Shown here in pieces: positions 36,175 through 46,954 of a stretch of DNA of 64,000 nucleotides. This DNA is from Nitrospirota bacterium (GTDB lineage Bacteria; Nitrospirota; Thermodesulfovibrionia; Thermodesulfovibrionales; SM23-35), in assembly GCA_040754395.1 (NCBI GenBank), contig JBFMCL010000008.1:50823-114822 (forward strand). Direction: 5' to 3'. Made by a program: the position numbers and the translations under genes. Positions within the stretch are counted from its first letter, which is position 1, and each line of letters starts with the position of its first letter. Under the pieces are notes generated by a model. It searched no databases and was not told the origin of the DNA. It was given only the letters and a program-made list of their open reading frames with translations.

Positions 36175-38538
36175 TCATTTTAATGCAACTATCGTAACCC
36201 CTGAACCACCTTCTTCCTGCTCACCCATGCGGAAAGTGCTGACGAGGGGATGATCGGTCAGATACTCGCGGATTGCCTTCATTAAAAGGCCTTTCCCGAT
36301 CCCGTGAATAATGGTTACTTCCTGCAGTTCTGCGAGTGATGCGTGGTTCAGGAAATGCTCGAGACCGGAAAGCGCTTCTTCGACCCTCTGTCCGATAAGG
36401 TTCAGTCGTGAGGAAACAGCTTTTTTCCTGATATCTTCTGCAGAAGAAGCGCTGAGAGGCAATGCCTTTCCCCTTCTGAAAAATATGTCTTTTGCAGATA
36501 CTTCAACCTCCATATTTTTTGCCTGGACCCTCAGACGACGTGTTTTCCGGTTGACGCCGATAACCGTGGCATCATAGCCGAGTGTCTTCACAAACACCGT
36601 GTCTCCGTTCTTTATCTCATGAATCGGGGGAGAAGCATTGTCTTCCGTGCTGAATTCCTGCAGTTTTTCGGAGAGGAATTGCTGCTGATTTTCAACCTGC
36701 TGGATGATTCTGCGCCGTTCGCTCTTTTCTTTCTTCCTGAGTTCATCGAGGTATGCGTTCATCTGCCGTTTGGTATCAGCAACGAGTTCCGCAGCCTTCT
36801 GATACGCCTGAGCGAGAATGTCTTTCTCGCGATTCCTGGTATCGGCAAGCATCTTTTCCAGGTTCCTGTGCTTTTCATTCAATTCAGCCTGACGTCTGCT
36901 GATGACGGATAATCCTGCTTCATACCCGAGCCTTTTCGTGTGCATGTCTGCGATCATCTCGTCGAATTCAATTTTGAGGCCGCCAAACAGCTTTTTTGCC
37001 TCTTCTATCAGATTTTCGGGCAGACCGTAACGCTGTGCGATTTCAAGGGCATGCGACTGCCCCGGTTCTCCCTGTCTCAGACGGTAAAGCGGACTGAGTG
37101 TACTGAGATCGAACTCCATGGAGGCGTTGATCATCCCCTGCGTCCTGTGCACAAAGCCCTTGATATCCGCGAGGTGCGTGGTCGCAAAGACGAGCGCGCC
37201 GCTTCTGCGTATTTCATTCAGAATGGCACATGAGAGGGCTGCTCCCTCTTCGGGATCGGTGCCTGTCCCAAGTTCGTCGATAAGGATGACTGATTGCGGG
37301 TCTTTCCTTTTCAGGATATTCGCAATGTTCGAGATGTGCCCGGAAAACGTCGAGAGGTTGTTTTCTATCGACTGTTCATCGCCGATGTCAACAAGAAGGC
37401 TCTGTGTCAAGGGAAGGCTTGAGGACGAGTCTGCAGGTACGGGCATTCCGGAAAGGCCCATAATAAGGAGCAATCCTATTGTCTTTATGGTGATGGTTTT
37501 GCCCCCGGCATTTGCGCCTGTTATCACCATTACGGTAGTGTCTCCTCCGAGTTGGACATCGAGAGGAACGATTTTTTGTGCGCCCCCGGCTTTCAAGAGA
37601 GAGAGCTGGAGAAGCGGATGTCTGGCAGCGGCAAGAGTTATGTCCGAAGATTCATTGATCCGGGGGGTATTCATATCGAGCATATCTGCGAATCGCGCAA
37701 TGGAGTTCAGGACATCGAGATACACGATTGTTTTGAACTCTTCGGAGAGGTCATCTGATTCGGTGCGGATCATCGCACAGATATCCCGGAGTATCCGCAG
37801 CTCTTCCGCCTTCTGTTCCGCAATGAGATTCTCGAGTTCATTCGAGAGGTTGATAATCGTAAGAGGCTCAACGAATGCTGTTTCGCCCGACTTGGAAACG
37901 TCATGCACAACTCCGGGCACCATTCCCTTGGAGTCCATTCTTACGGGGATTACCCATCTGCCGGATCGTGTCGTCACAAAACTGTCCTGAAGAAACAGTG
38001 AGATCCTTTCGTCCCTGACCAGTTCTTCAAGCTTCCTGCGGATCCTTCCTTCCAGATTTCTTATGCAGGCCCTGAGGTCGGCAAGGAGAAACGACGCGCT
38101 GTCGAGTATATTGCCTTCACTGTCGATCGATTTCCTGAGAATTCTCAGAATAGGGGGGAAGCCTGTGAGATGACCGGTGAGTTCTTTCAGGGACTGACAT
38201 GTCTGCGATTCCTCCATCTGTACCGATATGGAATGCGCGATGCTGAGTACCGGTACGAAATCCGCAAGCTCCACAGCGTCGAGGACAGCGCCAGCGGGTC
38301 TTACTTTTGCAATCAGGGGCGAAATGTCTGGAAAGGGATGCAGGGAGAGCGGATTTCCTTCATGGGACATCCTGCGCACTTCCGCAATCAGATCAAGCCT
38401 TGTCCTGATATCAGGAAGATTTGTCATGGGACAGATACACGCGATAAACTTTTTTGAGGCGTCACTGTTGGAGAAACCTGAAACCAGTCCAAGAAGCTTG
38501 TGGAATTCGAGCAGGTCGAGGGAGGATTTGGGTATCAT
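36175..38538 (-). CDS. mutS2: Endonuclease MutS2
   Basis: ITGANAGGKT, DIGDEQSIENNLSTFS, DELGTGTDP, C-terminal Smr domain IIHGIGKG. Confidence 0.95.
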   Translation of the reverse strand: MIPKSSLDLLEFHKLLGLVSGFSNSDASKKFIACICPMTNLPDIRTRLDLIAEVRRMSHEGNPLSLHPFPDISPLIAKVRPAGAVLDAVELADFVPVLSIAHSISVQMEESQTCQSLKELTGHLTGFPPILRILRKSIDSEGNILDSASFLLADLRACIRNLEGRIRRKLEELVRDERISLFLQDSFVTTRSGRWVIPVRMDSKGMVPGVVHDVSKSGETAFVEPLTIINLSNELENLIAEQKAEELRILRDICAMIRTESDDLSEEFKTIVYLDVLNSIARFADMLDMNTPRINESSDITLAAARHPLLQLSLLKAGGAQKIVPLDVQLGGDTTVMVITGANAGGKTITIKTIGLLLIMGLSGMPVPADSSSSLPLTQSLLVDIGDEQSIENNLSTFSGHISNIANILKRKDPQSVILIDELGTGTDPEEGAALSCAILNEIRRSGALVFATTHLADIKGFVHRTQGMINASMEFDLSTLSPLYRLRQGEPGQSHALEIAQRYGLPENLIEEAKKLFGGLKIEFDEMIADMHTKRLGYEAGLSVISRRQAELNEKHRNLEKMLADTRNREKDILAQAYQKAAELVADTKRQMNAYLDELRKKEKSERRRIIQQVENQQQFLSEKLQEFSTEDNASPPIHEIKNGDTVFVKTLGYDATVIGVNRKTRRLRVQAKNMEVEVSAKDIFFRRGKALPLSASSAEDIRKKAVSSRLNLIGQRVEEALSGLEHFLNHASLAELQEVTIIHGIGKGLLMKAIREYLTDHPLVSTFRMGEQEEGGSGVTIVALK

Positions 38539-38616
38539 GCGGTCAGGAAATCTCCCGGAGGAGAGAGGTTGCTGCGGAATGGTTCAGTATAAAATGCCGT
38601 AAAAGGAGAATGCATT

Positions 38617-39855
38617 TCATGGAGCATGGTATTTCTTTTTTTTCTTCAGATAATCCTGCTCGACAGATCCGCCGTAATCGTGCGGATACTTGTATCCCGT
38701 TCCGTGTCCCAGCTTTTTTGCTCCCGGGTAACTGCTGTCTTTCAGGTGGTCAGGTACTTCCATAGTCTCCTCTGTCGCAATATCCTGCAATGCTGATTCT
38801 ATCGCCTTATAGCTTGCGTTGCTTTTGGGTGCCTTTGCGACATAGATCGCTGCCTGCGCAAGGGGTATTTTTGCTTCAGGCATGCCGATGAATTCGACCG
38901 CACGCAGCGCGGCAACCGTAACGACCAGCGCCATCGGGTCGGCATTCCCGACATCCTCGGACGCACATATGATGATACGCCTGGCGATGAATCTCGGGTC
39001 TTCACCCGCATAAATCATTTTTGCAAGGTAATATACCGCGGCATCAGGGTCAGATCCGCGCATACTCTTGATGAACGCAGAGATTGTGTCATAATGCTGG
39101 TCGCCCTTTTTGTCGTAGACGACCGCTTTCTTCTGGATCGACTCTTCTGCAGTTTCAAGCGTTATCAGTGTCCTGCCTTCAGTGTCCGGCAGCGCGGTAA
39201 GGGCAGCGATTTCGAGGGCTGAAAGGGCTTTCCGTGCGTCACCGTCGGACATCCTTGCCAAATGCTGCAGGGCGTCCTCATCTGCAGAGATGCCGGCAGT
39301 GCCGAGACCCCTGACCGTATCAGCCAAAGCATTTCTCAGTATGCCGAGGATATCCTCTTCAGAAAGCGGTTTCAGCTCGAATATCTGACTCCGCGAGAGA
39401 AGGGCAGAGTTCACATAAAAAAATGGGTTTTCGACTGTGGCTGATATCAGCGTGACGGTTCCTTCCTCAACATCAGGAAGCAGGGCATCCTGCTGGAGCT
39501 TGTTGAAACGGTGTATCTCATCGAGAAAGACGATGGTCTTCATCTCCTTTTGTTTCCTCACCCTGGCCTGCTGGATGACCTTCCTGATCTCATCCAGCCC
39601 GATCGTTGCCGCATTGAGCCACTCGAAACGGGATTTTGTCCTTTCCGCAATGATTCTGGCAAGTGCTGTCTTGCCTGTTCCAGGGGGTCCGTACAATATT
39701 ATGGAGGAGATTCTGTCCGCTTCTATTGCGCGCCTGAGGAGTTTGCCCGGGCCGAGGATATGCTGCTGGCCGGCATATTCATCGAGGCTTCTCGGACACA
39801 TGCGGTAGGCAAGGGGCACCTGGCCCCGGGATGCTTCCCTGTCAAACAAATCCAT
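38617..39855 (-). CDS. rarA: Replication-associated recombination protein A
   Basis: PLAYRM, GPPGTGKT, DEIHRFNK, ISAFIKSMRGSD, YPHDY. Confidence 0.95.
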   Translation of the reverse strand: MDLFDREASRGQVPLAYRMCPRSLDEYAGQQHILGPGKLLRRAIEADRISSIILYGPPGTGKTALARIIAERTKSRFEWLNAATIGLDEIRKVIQQARVRKQKEMKTIVFLDEIHRFNKLQQDALLPDVEEGTVTLISATVENPFFYVNSALLSRSQIFELKPLSEEDILGILRNALADTVRGLGTAGISADEDALQHLARMSDGDARKALSALEIAALTALPDTEGRTLITLETAEESIQKKAVVYDKKGDQHYDTISAFIKSMRGSDPDAAVYYLAKMIYAGEDPRFIARRIIICASEDVGNADPMALVVTVAALRAVEFIGMPEAKIPLAQAAIYVAKAPKSNASYKAIESALQDIATEETMEVPDHLKDSSYPGAKKLGHGTGYKYPHDYGGSVEQDYLKKKKKYHAP

Positions 39856-39986
39856 ATCTTATGTTCACTGATTCGGCGCATTTTTTCAAGGCACCGGGAA
39901 ACTGTGATAAGAATACCGTACATGATATACTATTTTTACCAGAAGGGGAGAAAATTATGCGCATGTGTTTGGTGAGCAAGGAGGGA

Positions 39987-41150
39987 ATGATGTTTCACAC
40001 CGCTGATCCGGAAGATATCATACACGGCAGGATTACCGATGTATATTTCGAAAGGTCTCTGAAGATCCTGAAGGCAAAGAAGATCAATCCTTTCGTACGG
40101 GCGGAATTCATCGCAAAAGGGTTCCCCCGCCAATGGCCGTGGGCAGTGTTTGCAGGTCTGGAGGAAGCGATGTACCTGATGAAGCATCTGCCGTTGAAAG
40201 TCAGGGCCATGAAAGAGGGAACGGTGTTTTATCCATATGAACCCGTGATGGAGATCGCAGGGAAGTATCAGGATTTCTGTGTGTATGAGACTGCGATACT
40301 GGGATTGCTGTGCCAGGCATCCGGCATAGCGACACAGGCAGGAAGGTTCAAAATGCTGGCAGGGGACAGGCCTGTGATCAGCTTCGGCGCGCGCAGAATG
40401 CACCCTGTGCTGGCCCCCATGATCGAGAGGAATGCCTATATCGGGGGATGTGATGGAGTTGCCGTCGTAAAATCGGGAGAGATTATTGGCAGGGACCCCA
40501 TGGGTACCATGCCTCATGCGCTGATACTCTGCATGGGATCCACCGTTGATGCGATAAGGGCGTATGATGAAGTTCTTGAGCCGAAGTTCAAACGCGTTGC
40601 CCTGATAGATACCTTGCTGGATGAGAAATTTGAATGTCTTCATGTCGCTGAGGCAATGGGGAAAAGACTCTATGCGGTGAGGTTCGATACCCCGTCGTCC
40701 AGGAGGGGGGATTTCTACCGTATCCTTGAGGAAGCCAGATGGGAACTGGATCTGAGGGGATACGGCCATATAAAGTTCTATGTGAGCGGCGGGATAAGGG
40801 AAGAGGATTTGCCTGTGCTGAATCCTGTTGTCGACGGATACGGGATCGGCACGGCGATCAGCAACGCTCCTGTGGTTGATTATGCCATGGATATTATGGA
40901 AGTCGACGGCAAACCTCTGGCAAAGAGAGGAAAATGGTCGGGAAGCAAGCGGGTGCTTGAGTGCAGGCACTGCGGGACAAGAACAATCGTTCCGAACAGA
41001 AAGGCTCGCCATGTATGCTCATGCGGAAAGTCGCTGCATGACATCCTTGTTCCGGTTCTCGATGACGGGAAATATCTCATCAGAACAGGTCCTCCGTCAC
41101 AACTCAGAAAAGCTGTCCTTCAGAATATCAGGAACCTGCCATTACACTGA
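39987..41150 (+). CDS. pncB: Nicotinate phosphoribosyltransferase
   Basis: TDVYF, SFGARR, GTMPHA, ALIDT, VRFDTP, SGGI, KRGK; C-terminal Cys motif. Confidence 0.88.
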   Translation: MMFHTADPEDIIHGRITDVYFERSLKILKAKKINPFVRAEFIAKGFPRQWPWAVFAGLEEAMYLMKHLPLKVRAMKEGTVFYPYEPVMEIAGKYQDFCVYETAILGLLCQASGIATQAGRFKMLAGDRPVISFGARRMHPVLAPMIERNAYIGGCDGVAVVKSGEIIGRDPMGTMPHALILCMGSTVDAIRAYDEVLEPKFKRVALIDTLLDEKFECLHVAEAMGKRLYAVRFDTPSSRRGDFYRILEEARWELDLRGYGHIKFYVSGGIREEDLPVLNPVVDGYGIGTAISNAPVVDYAMDIMEVDGKPLAKRGKWSGSKRVLECRHCGTRTIVPNRKARHVCSCGKSLHDILVPVLDDGKYLIRTGPPSQLRKAVLQNIRNLPLH

Positions 41151-41185
41151 AACTGGCCGGTTACTGATGACATATTGTTGAATAT

Positions 41186-42007
41186 ATGGGGTCATTGTAT
41201 ATACTGCTTGCCATCTTCCTTTGGAGCTCTCTCGGAATAGTAGTGAAACTCTCCGGAGTAGAGGTGCATGTGCTGATGTTCTACTCGCTTATCGTGTCAG
41301 TAGTGGCTCAGGGCATAATTCTCTCCGGAAGGAGATACAGGCATGAATTCCCTGACCTGAGAAAAATACGGTATCCAATAATACTCGGCGTTATCTCCCT
41401 CCTGAACATGTTCACTTTTTTCTATGCATACAAACACACTACCATCGCGAATGCGGTGCTGACGCATTACATCGCGCCGGTGATTGTTGCATTGCTTGCC
41501 CCGGTATTTCTGAAGGAAAAAATAACCGGGAAAATCATCTTCGTGATCGCAACTGCTTCTGCGGGGTTGTGGATCATGCTCGACGGTCTCTCATTTGAGG
41601 AAAGTCACCTCATGGGTATCCTGTCCGGCCTTGCTTCGGGAGTTGCGTATGCCATGATAGTCATTTTTTTGAGAAAACACGCGCATGCATTTCATCCCCT
41701 CGTGCTTGCGTTTTTTACCAACATCACCATTATTGTTTTGCTGATGCCGTTTATCAGGGAATTTCCCCAGCAGGCTCTGTGGAGCTATTTGTTTATGGGG
41801 ATTGTCCACTCTACAATAGCTCCCATACTGTACTTTAAAGGGCTGCAGGTAATAAGCGCAAATAAGGCTGCAGTGCTCGGGTATCTTGAACCTGTATGCG
41901 CAATACTCTTAAGCTTGCTGATCCTGCATGAAATTCCGGGAATGCATTCAATAGCCGGAGGACTGCTGATAATCATCTCCGGCTATCTCACCTTGCGGGA
42001 ACCGTGA
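41186..42007 (+). CDS. DMT/EamA family transporter
   Basis: About 10 TM helices; FLKEKI, YLEPV. Confidence 0.9.
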   Translation: MGSLYILLAIFLWSSLGIVVKLSGVEVHVLMFYSLIVSVVAQGIILSGRRYRHEFPDLRKIRYPIILGVISLLNMFTFFYAYKHTTIANAVLTHYIAPVIVALLAPVFLKEKITGKIIFVIATASAGLWIMLDGLSFEESHLMGILSGLASGVAYAMIVIFLRKHAHAFHPLVLAFFTNITIIVLLMPFIREFPQQALWSYLFMGIVHSTIAPILYFKGLQVISANKAAVLGYLEPVCAILLSLLILHEIPGMHSIAGGLLIIISGYLTLREP

Positions 42008-42090
42008 AGACGGCATCCTCAGTTTTTCAGGTCTGTTATTTCGAATCTGTGACTGATCTGTAATCTTCCTCATGGTATAAAATCCCTTAA

Positions 42091-42172
42091 GGATGGGAAA
42101 AGCCCATCATACCCTCTGAGCAGGTTCTTCTCAGAGGTCCTCTCCCAAGGCAGGCAGGTTTCCTGCCTGCCT
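42091..42172 (+). ncRNA. Putative structured non-coding element 1 (three hairpins)
   Basis: GATGGG/CCCATC, CCTCTGAG/CTCAGAGG and AGGCAGGCAGG/CCTGCCTGCCT stems; extended -10 TGGTATAAA upstream. Confidence 0.4.
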
Positions 42173-42365
42173 CAAAAACACAATAGGCGTTCATCGGACT
42201 GACAGGCAGCCTTCAGAAAAACTGAAGGCATAAGTAACAGATGCTAACTTACAATGCAAAGGATAAAAACTCATCCATAACGAATATATTATCTATTATT
42301 TATACATAATAATTAATTAAGAAATCATATTAAAGTACTAAATTATATATCCGGCAAAATAAATC

Positions 42366-42394
42366 TTGACATTAAAATAAGCTGATGCTAATAT
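42366..42394 (+). promoter_or_regulatory. Strong sigma70 promoter with no downstream protein gene
   Basis: TTGACA-N17-TAATAT with extended -10 TG, preceded by a very AT-rich tract. Confidence 0.65.
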
Positions 42395-42400
42395 CAATCT

Positions 42401-42500
42401 GAGTGTGGGTCAAACTCCTCATATCCTCTGGATGGTTACGGGTGCATCTCAGAGGCAGTTACTTGGGTAGGGCAGGCAAAACCTGCCCTACATTTCTTCT
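42401..42500 (+). ncRNA. Putative ~100-nt sRNA (element 2) ending in an intrinsic terminator
   Basis: CCTCTG..CAGAGG stem; GTAGGGCAGG/CCTGCCCTAC hairpin followed by ATTTCTTCT. Confidence 0.5.
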
Positions 42501-42529
42501 GCAGGAGTCAGCAGCGCAGAATCAGGAAA

Positions 42530-43753
42530 TCATGTCCTTATCACGTCAACAGGCTGGATTCTTGTTGCTTTCTGAGAGGGGTATATCCCGGCAAGAATAC
42601 CCACGAGCACAGTTGCTGACAGTGAGAGGATATGGCCGGCGGGAGAAACCGCAACCGGAAGGTCTGCCAGCCAAAAGACAAGAATGCTTGCCACGGAACT
42701 CGCCATGACCCCGGCGGTGCCACCGCTGAAGGAGATGAATGACGCCTCAATAAGGAACTGAAGCACAATGTCCCTTTTCCGTGAACCCACTGCTCTTCTG
42801 ATGCCGATTTCAACCCGTCTTTCATTGACAATAAGTATCATGATCGAAAGAATGCCGAGGCCGCCGATGAGAAAAGCCACAACTGCCGATACCCGTCCCA
42901 GCACCTTTATCATTGAGATGGCCTGTATTTTCAGCGCCATGACATCCTTAAGGTCAATGACCGAAAAATCATCGTTCTCATATTGCCGGATTTTGTGCCG
43001 GTTCCGTAATATTTCTTCGATTTCAGCTTTTGCAAGAGGTATGGACTCTTCTCCCGTAACCTGCACGGATATGCTGTTGATGTACTCCTTATTGACGAAC
43101 CTTCTGAGATAGGTATTCAGGGGGACAAATATCTGGTTGTCCTGGTCGAGTCCCGAGATATCGACACCTTTTTCTTCCATAATCCCGATTACCTGGCAGG
43201 GAACCCTCCAGATGAGGATGTACCTGCCGAGAGGGCTTTCATTCCCGAAGAGATTTTGGGCAACCTTTGTGCCGATAACCGCGACTTTGCTGAATCCCCT
43301 GTCGTCCTCACTACTGAGAAAACGTCCCTCTTCGACGCGGAAATTTCTGATTAAAGGGTAATTTGCAGTTACACCCACGACGAGCGTCGATTTCAGCACG
43401 ACGTTGCCATACCTCACAGGAAATGTCTTGTTTCCTGAAGGTGAGACATCGTTGATGAACCGTGAGCCCTGAACGATCGCCCTGGCATCATCGACCGTGA
43501 GGGTAGTCGCTTCGCTGAGAAGCCTCGTGCTGGTTCCCATTTTCCTGACGACGCCGCTTCTGACGATAAGAAGGTTATTGCCGAAATTTTCCGCCTCCTT
43601 CTCGGTTTTCAGGGAAAGGGAGTCTGAAAGATTTGAAACGACAATCAGGGCGAATGTGCCGAGGAATACTCCCATCACCGCGAGGACAGTCCGCAGTTTG
43701 AAATTCAGCAGCGAACGGAAGGCGATTCTAAGATTCAGATACACCCTCTTCAT
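42530..43753 (-). CDS. MacB/FtsX-family ABC permease
   Basis: LRTVLAVMGV, VNERRVEIGIRRAVG, QFLIEA. Confidence 0.92.
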   Translation of the reverse strand: MKRVYLNLRIAFRSLLNFKLRTVLAVMGVFLGTFALIVVSNLSDSLSLKTEKEAENFGNNLLIVRSGVVRKMGTSTRLLSEATTLTVDDARAIVQGSRFINDVSPSGNKTFPVRYGNVVLKSTLVVGVTANYPLIRNFRVEEGRFLSSEDDRGFSKVAVIGTKVAQNLFGNESPLGRYILIWRVPCQVIGIMEEKGVDISGLDQDNQIFVPLNTYLRRFVNKEYINSISVQVTGEESIPLAKAEIEEILRNRHKIRQYENDDFSVIDLKDVMALKIQAISMIKVLGRVSAVVAFLIGGLGILSIMILIVNERRVEIGIRRAVGSRKRDIVLQFLIEASFISFSGGTAGVMASSVASILVFWLADLPVAVSPAGHILSLSATVLVGILAGIYPSQKATRIQPVDVIRT

Positions 43754-43754
43754 G

Positions 43755-44969
43755 TCATCCCCTGATAGCCTCAATCGGTCTCAGGTTTGCCGCCTGTTTT
43801 GCCGGCTGAAGTCCGAATACTATCCCGACGATCCATGCGAGAAGCAGCCCGATAGCAAAGGCCTTCCATGAGAAATAGATGGGGAACTGCGCAATCAGCA
43901 TGAGCAGTTTCGAAGAGGCAAGTGCGAGCACAAAGCCGGCAAGGCCCCCGATGGTCGTGATTACCACAGATTCACCGAGGAACTGGATGAGGATATCCTG
44001 CTTTTTTGCCCCGGTTGCCCTGCGGATGCCTATTTCCCGGGTGCGTTCCTTGACTGAAAGGAGAAAGAGGTTTGCCAGGACAAAGCCCGCAACAAGCAGG
44101 GAGATTATTCCGGTTATTCCGAGGAATATTACCAGAGAGCCGGTCAGCGCGGCAAGGAACTTGATGATCTCCTTCGGAGAGATGACGGTAAAATCATCGG
44201 GCTCTTCGGAAGGAAGACCGTGTCTTTGTCTGAGAAACAACTTGAGCTCACCGGCGTATCGCTGGAGATTTTCCTGGTCATGAAAACGTATCCTGAGGGC
44301 CGAGACATATTTTGTTTCATTCTGAAGCTTTCTCATGAGCGTGGAAATAGGTATGATAATCCTGTCGTCAAGGCGTTCACCTGCAGGAGTGGTGCCCCTT
44401 TCTGACAATACGCCGACGATCTGCACAGGGATTCTTCTGACAAGCATGGTTTTTCCGACCGGGTCGTCATCTCCGAAGAGTTCTTTTGCCAGAAACTGCC
44501 CGATAAGTCCGACATTCTTCAGCCCTTTCACATCGGCTTCTGTGAAATCAGCCCCCTGGATTACCGGCCAGGCCCAGACACGACTGTAGTCGCTTGTGGA
44601 GCCGATGATCAGGGTCTGATATTTTTTGTCCCTGTATGATACGGTTACATCCCTCATTGCGGTCATCGGTACGACCATGTAGGCGCTGTAGAAAGCCTGC
44701 CTCACCGCTTCAATGTCATCGAGCGTAATGGTCTTCTGCCTCTGGCCTGTTGCCCTGGCCTCCTCCCCTCCGCCGAATACAAGAAGTGAATCGGAACCGA
44801 ACTTCTGGACCATGTCAAATGCTTTTTTGTATGCGCCCTCAGTGGCTGCGACGATAACGGTGATGGAAGCTATGCCAAGCGCGACACTGATGAAACAGAA
44901 AATTGTGCGGAGTTTGAATGACCGTACAGCCAGAACTGACTGAGACAGGATTCTGAGAAGCTTTTCCAT
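43755..44969 (-). CDS. MacB/FtsX-family ABC permease
   Basis: SVKERTREIGIRRATGA, QFLGES. Confidence 0.92.
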   Translation of the reverse strand: MEKLLRILSQSVLAVRSFKLRTIFCFISVALGIASITVIVAATEGAYKKAFDMVQKFGSDSLLVFGGGEEARATGQRQKTITLDDIEAVRQAFYSAYMVVPMTAMRDVTVSYRDKKYQTLIIGSTSDYSRVWAWPVIQGADFTEADVKGLKNVGLIGQFLAKELFGDDDPVGKTMLVRRIPVQIVGVLSERGTTPAGERLDDRIIIPISTLMRKLQNETKYVSALRIRFHDQENLQRYAGELKLFLRQRHGLPSEEPDDFTVISPKEIIKFLAALTGSLVIFLGITGIISLLVAGFVLANLFLLSVKERTREIGIRRATGAKKQDILIQFLGESVVITTIGGLAGFVLALASSKLLMLIAQFPIYFSWKAFAIGLLLAWIVGIVFGLQPAKQAANLRPIEAIRG

Positions 44970-45029
44970 AAAATCTTTTATAGTCTCCAGGTATTATCTC
45001 ATTCCCTCTCTTTCAGGGAATAGAATCCG

Positions 45030-45698
45030 CTATTCAAAAATCAATCCATCCTTAATCTGCACAGTCCTTTTTGCAAAGCCGGCGACGTTCGGATCATGCG
45101 TGATGACGATGATTGATTTGCCCTGATCGTTCATCCTCCTGATGAGTTGCATGATTTCCTCTGCTGTGCTGCTGTCAAGCTGTCCTGTAGGCTCGTCACA
45201 CAGCAGGAGGTCCGGGTTATTCACCAGTGCCCTTGCGATCGCAACGCGCTGCTGCTCTCCTCCGGAAAGCTGTGTGGGCCTGAATTTTATCCGTTCCTCA
45301 AGACCCACAAGGCGAAGCAGCTCGCCCGCAAACTTGTCCGCGTTATCTTTTCTCTTCTCCATGTAGAGGGTGGGGAGCAGGACATTTTCGAGCACTGTTG
45401 CATACGGGAGAAGGTAGAAGTTCTGAAATACAAACCCGATATGCTCGTTTCTGATTACCGACAGTTCGTCATCAGTAAGATGAGATACTTCCATGTCTGC
45501 CAGCATGTAACGGCCGGAAGTCGGGACATCGAGACAACCGATGATATTCATCAGCGTTGTCTTCCCGGAACCGCTAGCCCCCATGATCGCAACGAATTCC
45601 CCTTTTTCGATCCTGAGGTTGATACCTTTCAGGATTTCAACCGCAAGATCTCCCATGTGGTACGTCTTCTTTATGTCCTCCATTATACATAAGGGCAT
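45030..45698 (-). CDS. ABC ATP-binding protein (MacB/LolD-like)
   Basis: GASGSGKT, LSGGEQQRVAIARAL, DEPTG. Confidence 0.93.
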   Translation of the reverse strand: MPLCIMEDIKKTYHMGDLAVEILKGINLRIEKGEFVAIMGASGSGKTTLMNIIGCLDVPTSGRYMLADMEVSHLTDDELSVIRNEHIGFVFQNFYLLPYATVLENVLLPTLYMEKRKDNADKFAGELLRLVGLEERIKFRPTQLSGGEQQRVAIARALVNNPDLLLCDEPTGQLDSSTAEEIMQLIRRMNDQGKSIIVITHDPNVAGFAKRTVQIKDGLIFE

Positions 45699-45723
45699 GA
45701 CAAGTATACCGTAGATCCTGCTC

Positions 45724-46905
45724 TCAGGGTTTTGCGGATACCGGGAGGATCAGTTTCGTGGCAAGCACATCGCCTTCCTTAACACCCGAAAGAACTTCGG
45801 TTTTGTCTTCACCCCGTATTCCGGTTTTAAGCTCGACTTTGTGTACTGCGTCGGGCGAGGTTACCTTGTACGCGACCTGCATTCCCTGTTCGAATTTTAC
45901 CGCAGCATTCGGCACGACGAGGATATCTGACTTCTCTTCAAAGATTATCTTAATATGGGTGGTCATTTCGGGTTTGAGAAAAGTGGTATCTTCATCCGAA
46001 ACCCGCACAATGGCAAGATAATAGACGATGTTCTCTTTTACCACGGGCTGGGGGTAAATCTTTCCTATGCTGCCGTGAAAGAGCTTGTCGGGAAAGGTAT
46101 CAACATAATACTCAACCTGCTGGCCGGTTTTCACATGACCGATATCCGTTTCATCGACGTATATCCACATCTCGAGACGTTTCGGATCGAGTACGGTAAC
46201 AAGGTTGGCAACCTGGAGGCCGGCGACAATAGTCTCGCCTTCCTGCGCGGTCACATCTGAAACTACCCCGTCTATCGGTGCATGTATCCTGGTGTATGAC
46301 AGCCGTGTTTCCTGCTGGGCAATCTGAGCCCTGATATTATCAAGAGCGGCTTTTGCGATCTCGATCTGGGTCTCATACTCATGCTGCTGCCTTTTCCAGG
46401 CGGCTTCAGCTGCCTGGAAAAGGCTTTTTGCCCTGTCAACGCTGTCTTTGGTGGTAAATTCATGGAGTAAGAGTTCTTTTTCCCTTTCATAGGTGATCTT
46501 TGCGTAGTCATGGTTTGCCTTTGCTTCCTGTATGCGCTCAGGATAGGTGAGTTCGACCTGTGAAAGGGTATTCCGTGCCGAATTGAGGGCAGCTTTCTGC
46601 TGTTCGATAGTCTTCAGGATCTCCCTGTCGTCTATGAGTGCCACAAGCTGGCCGGTTTTTACCCTGTCACCAATTTTGACGTTCATTCTGACAATCGTGC
46701 CCGTGGCCCTCGTGCCGATCTTCACTACTGCCCCCACCTGGGGCTTAATGATCCCGGTTTCCACAAGCACGCCACGGATACTGCCTTTTTCCACTTTTGC
46801 TGTTTCGAGCACCTTAATTGCAGGTCCGGACATTTTTTTATAAAGGAAAATTCCCGCTGCAATGAGCACGGCACACGCGACTGCTGCGATGAAAATCTTT
46901 TTCAT
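45724..46905 (-). CDS. Efflux membrane-fusion protein (MacA-like)
   Basis: N-terminal anchor, lipoyl half-motifs (VKIGDRVKTGQL, IHAPIDGVV), VDETDIG. Confidence 0.9.
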   Translation of the reverse strand: MKKIFIAAVACAVLIAAGIFLYKKMSGPAIKVLETAKVEKGSIRGVLVETGIIKPQVGAVVKIGTRATGTIVRMNVKIGDRVKTGQLVALIDDREILKTIEQQKAALNSARNTLSQVELTYPERIQEAKANHDYAKITYEREKELLLHEFTTKDSVDRAKSLFQAAEAAWKRQQHEYETQIEIAKAALDNIRAQIAQQETRLSYTRIHAPIDGVVSDVTAQEGETIVAGLQVANLVTVLDPKRLEMWIYVDETDIGHVKTGQQVEYYVDTFPDKLFHGSIGKIYPQPVVKENIVYYLAIVRVSDEDTTFLKPEMTTHIKIIFEEKSDILVVPNAAVKFEQGMQVAYKVTSPDAVHKVELKTGIRGEDKTEVLSGVKEGDVLATKLILPVSAKP

Positions 46906-46954
46906 GCCTCTGTCTTTCCCTGGTCTACAGTCATACGGACAATGCTCCGGTCTT

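Noticed and set aside
42403..42708. 101-aa ORF from the track downstream of the strong promoter
   Set aside because: It has no RBS, crosses a terminator hairpin and overlaps the permease gene antisense. A non-coding RNA explains the region better.
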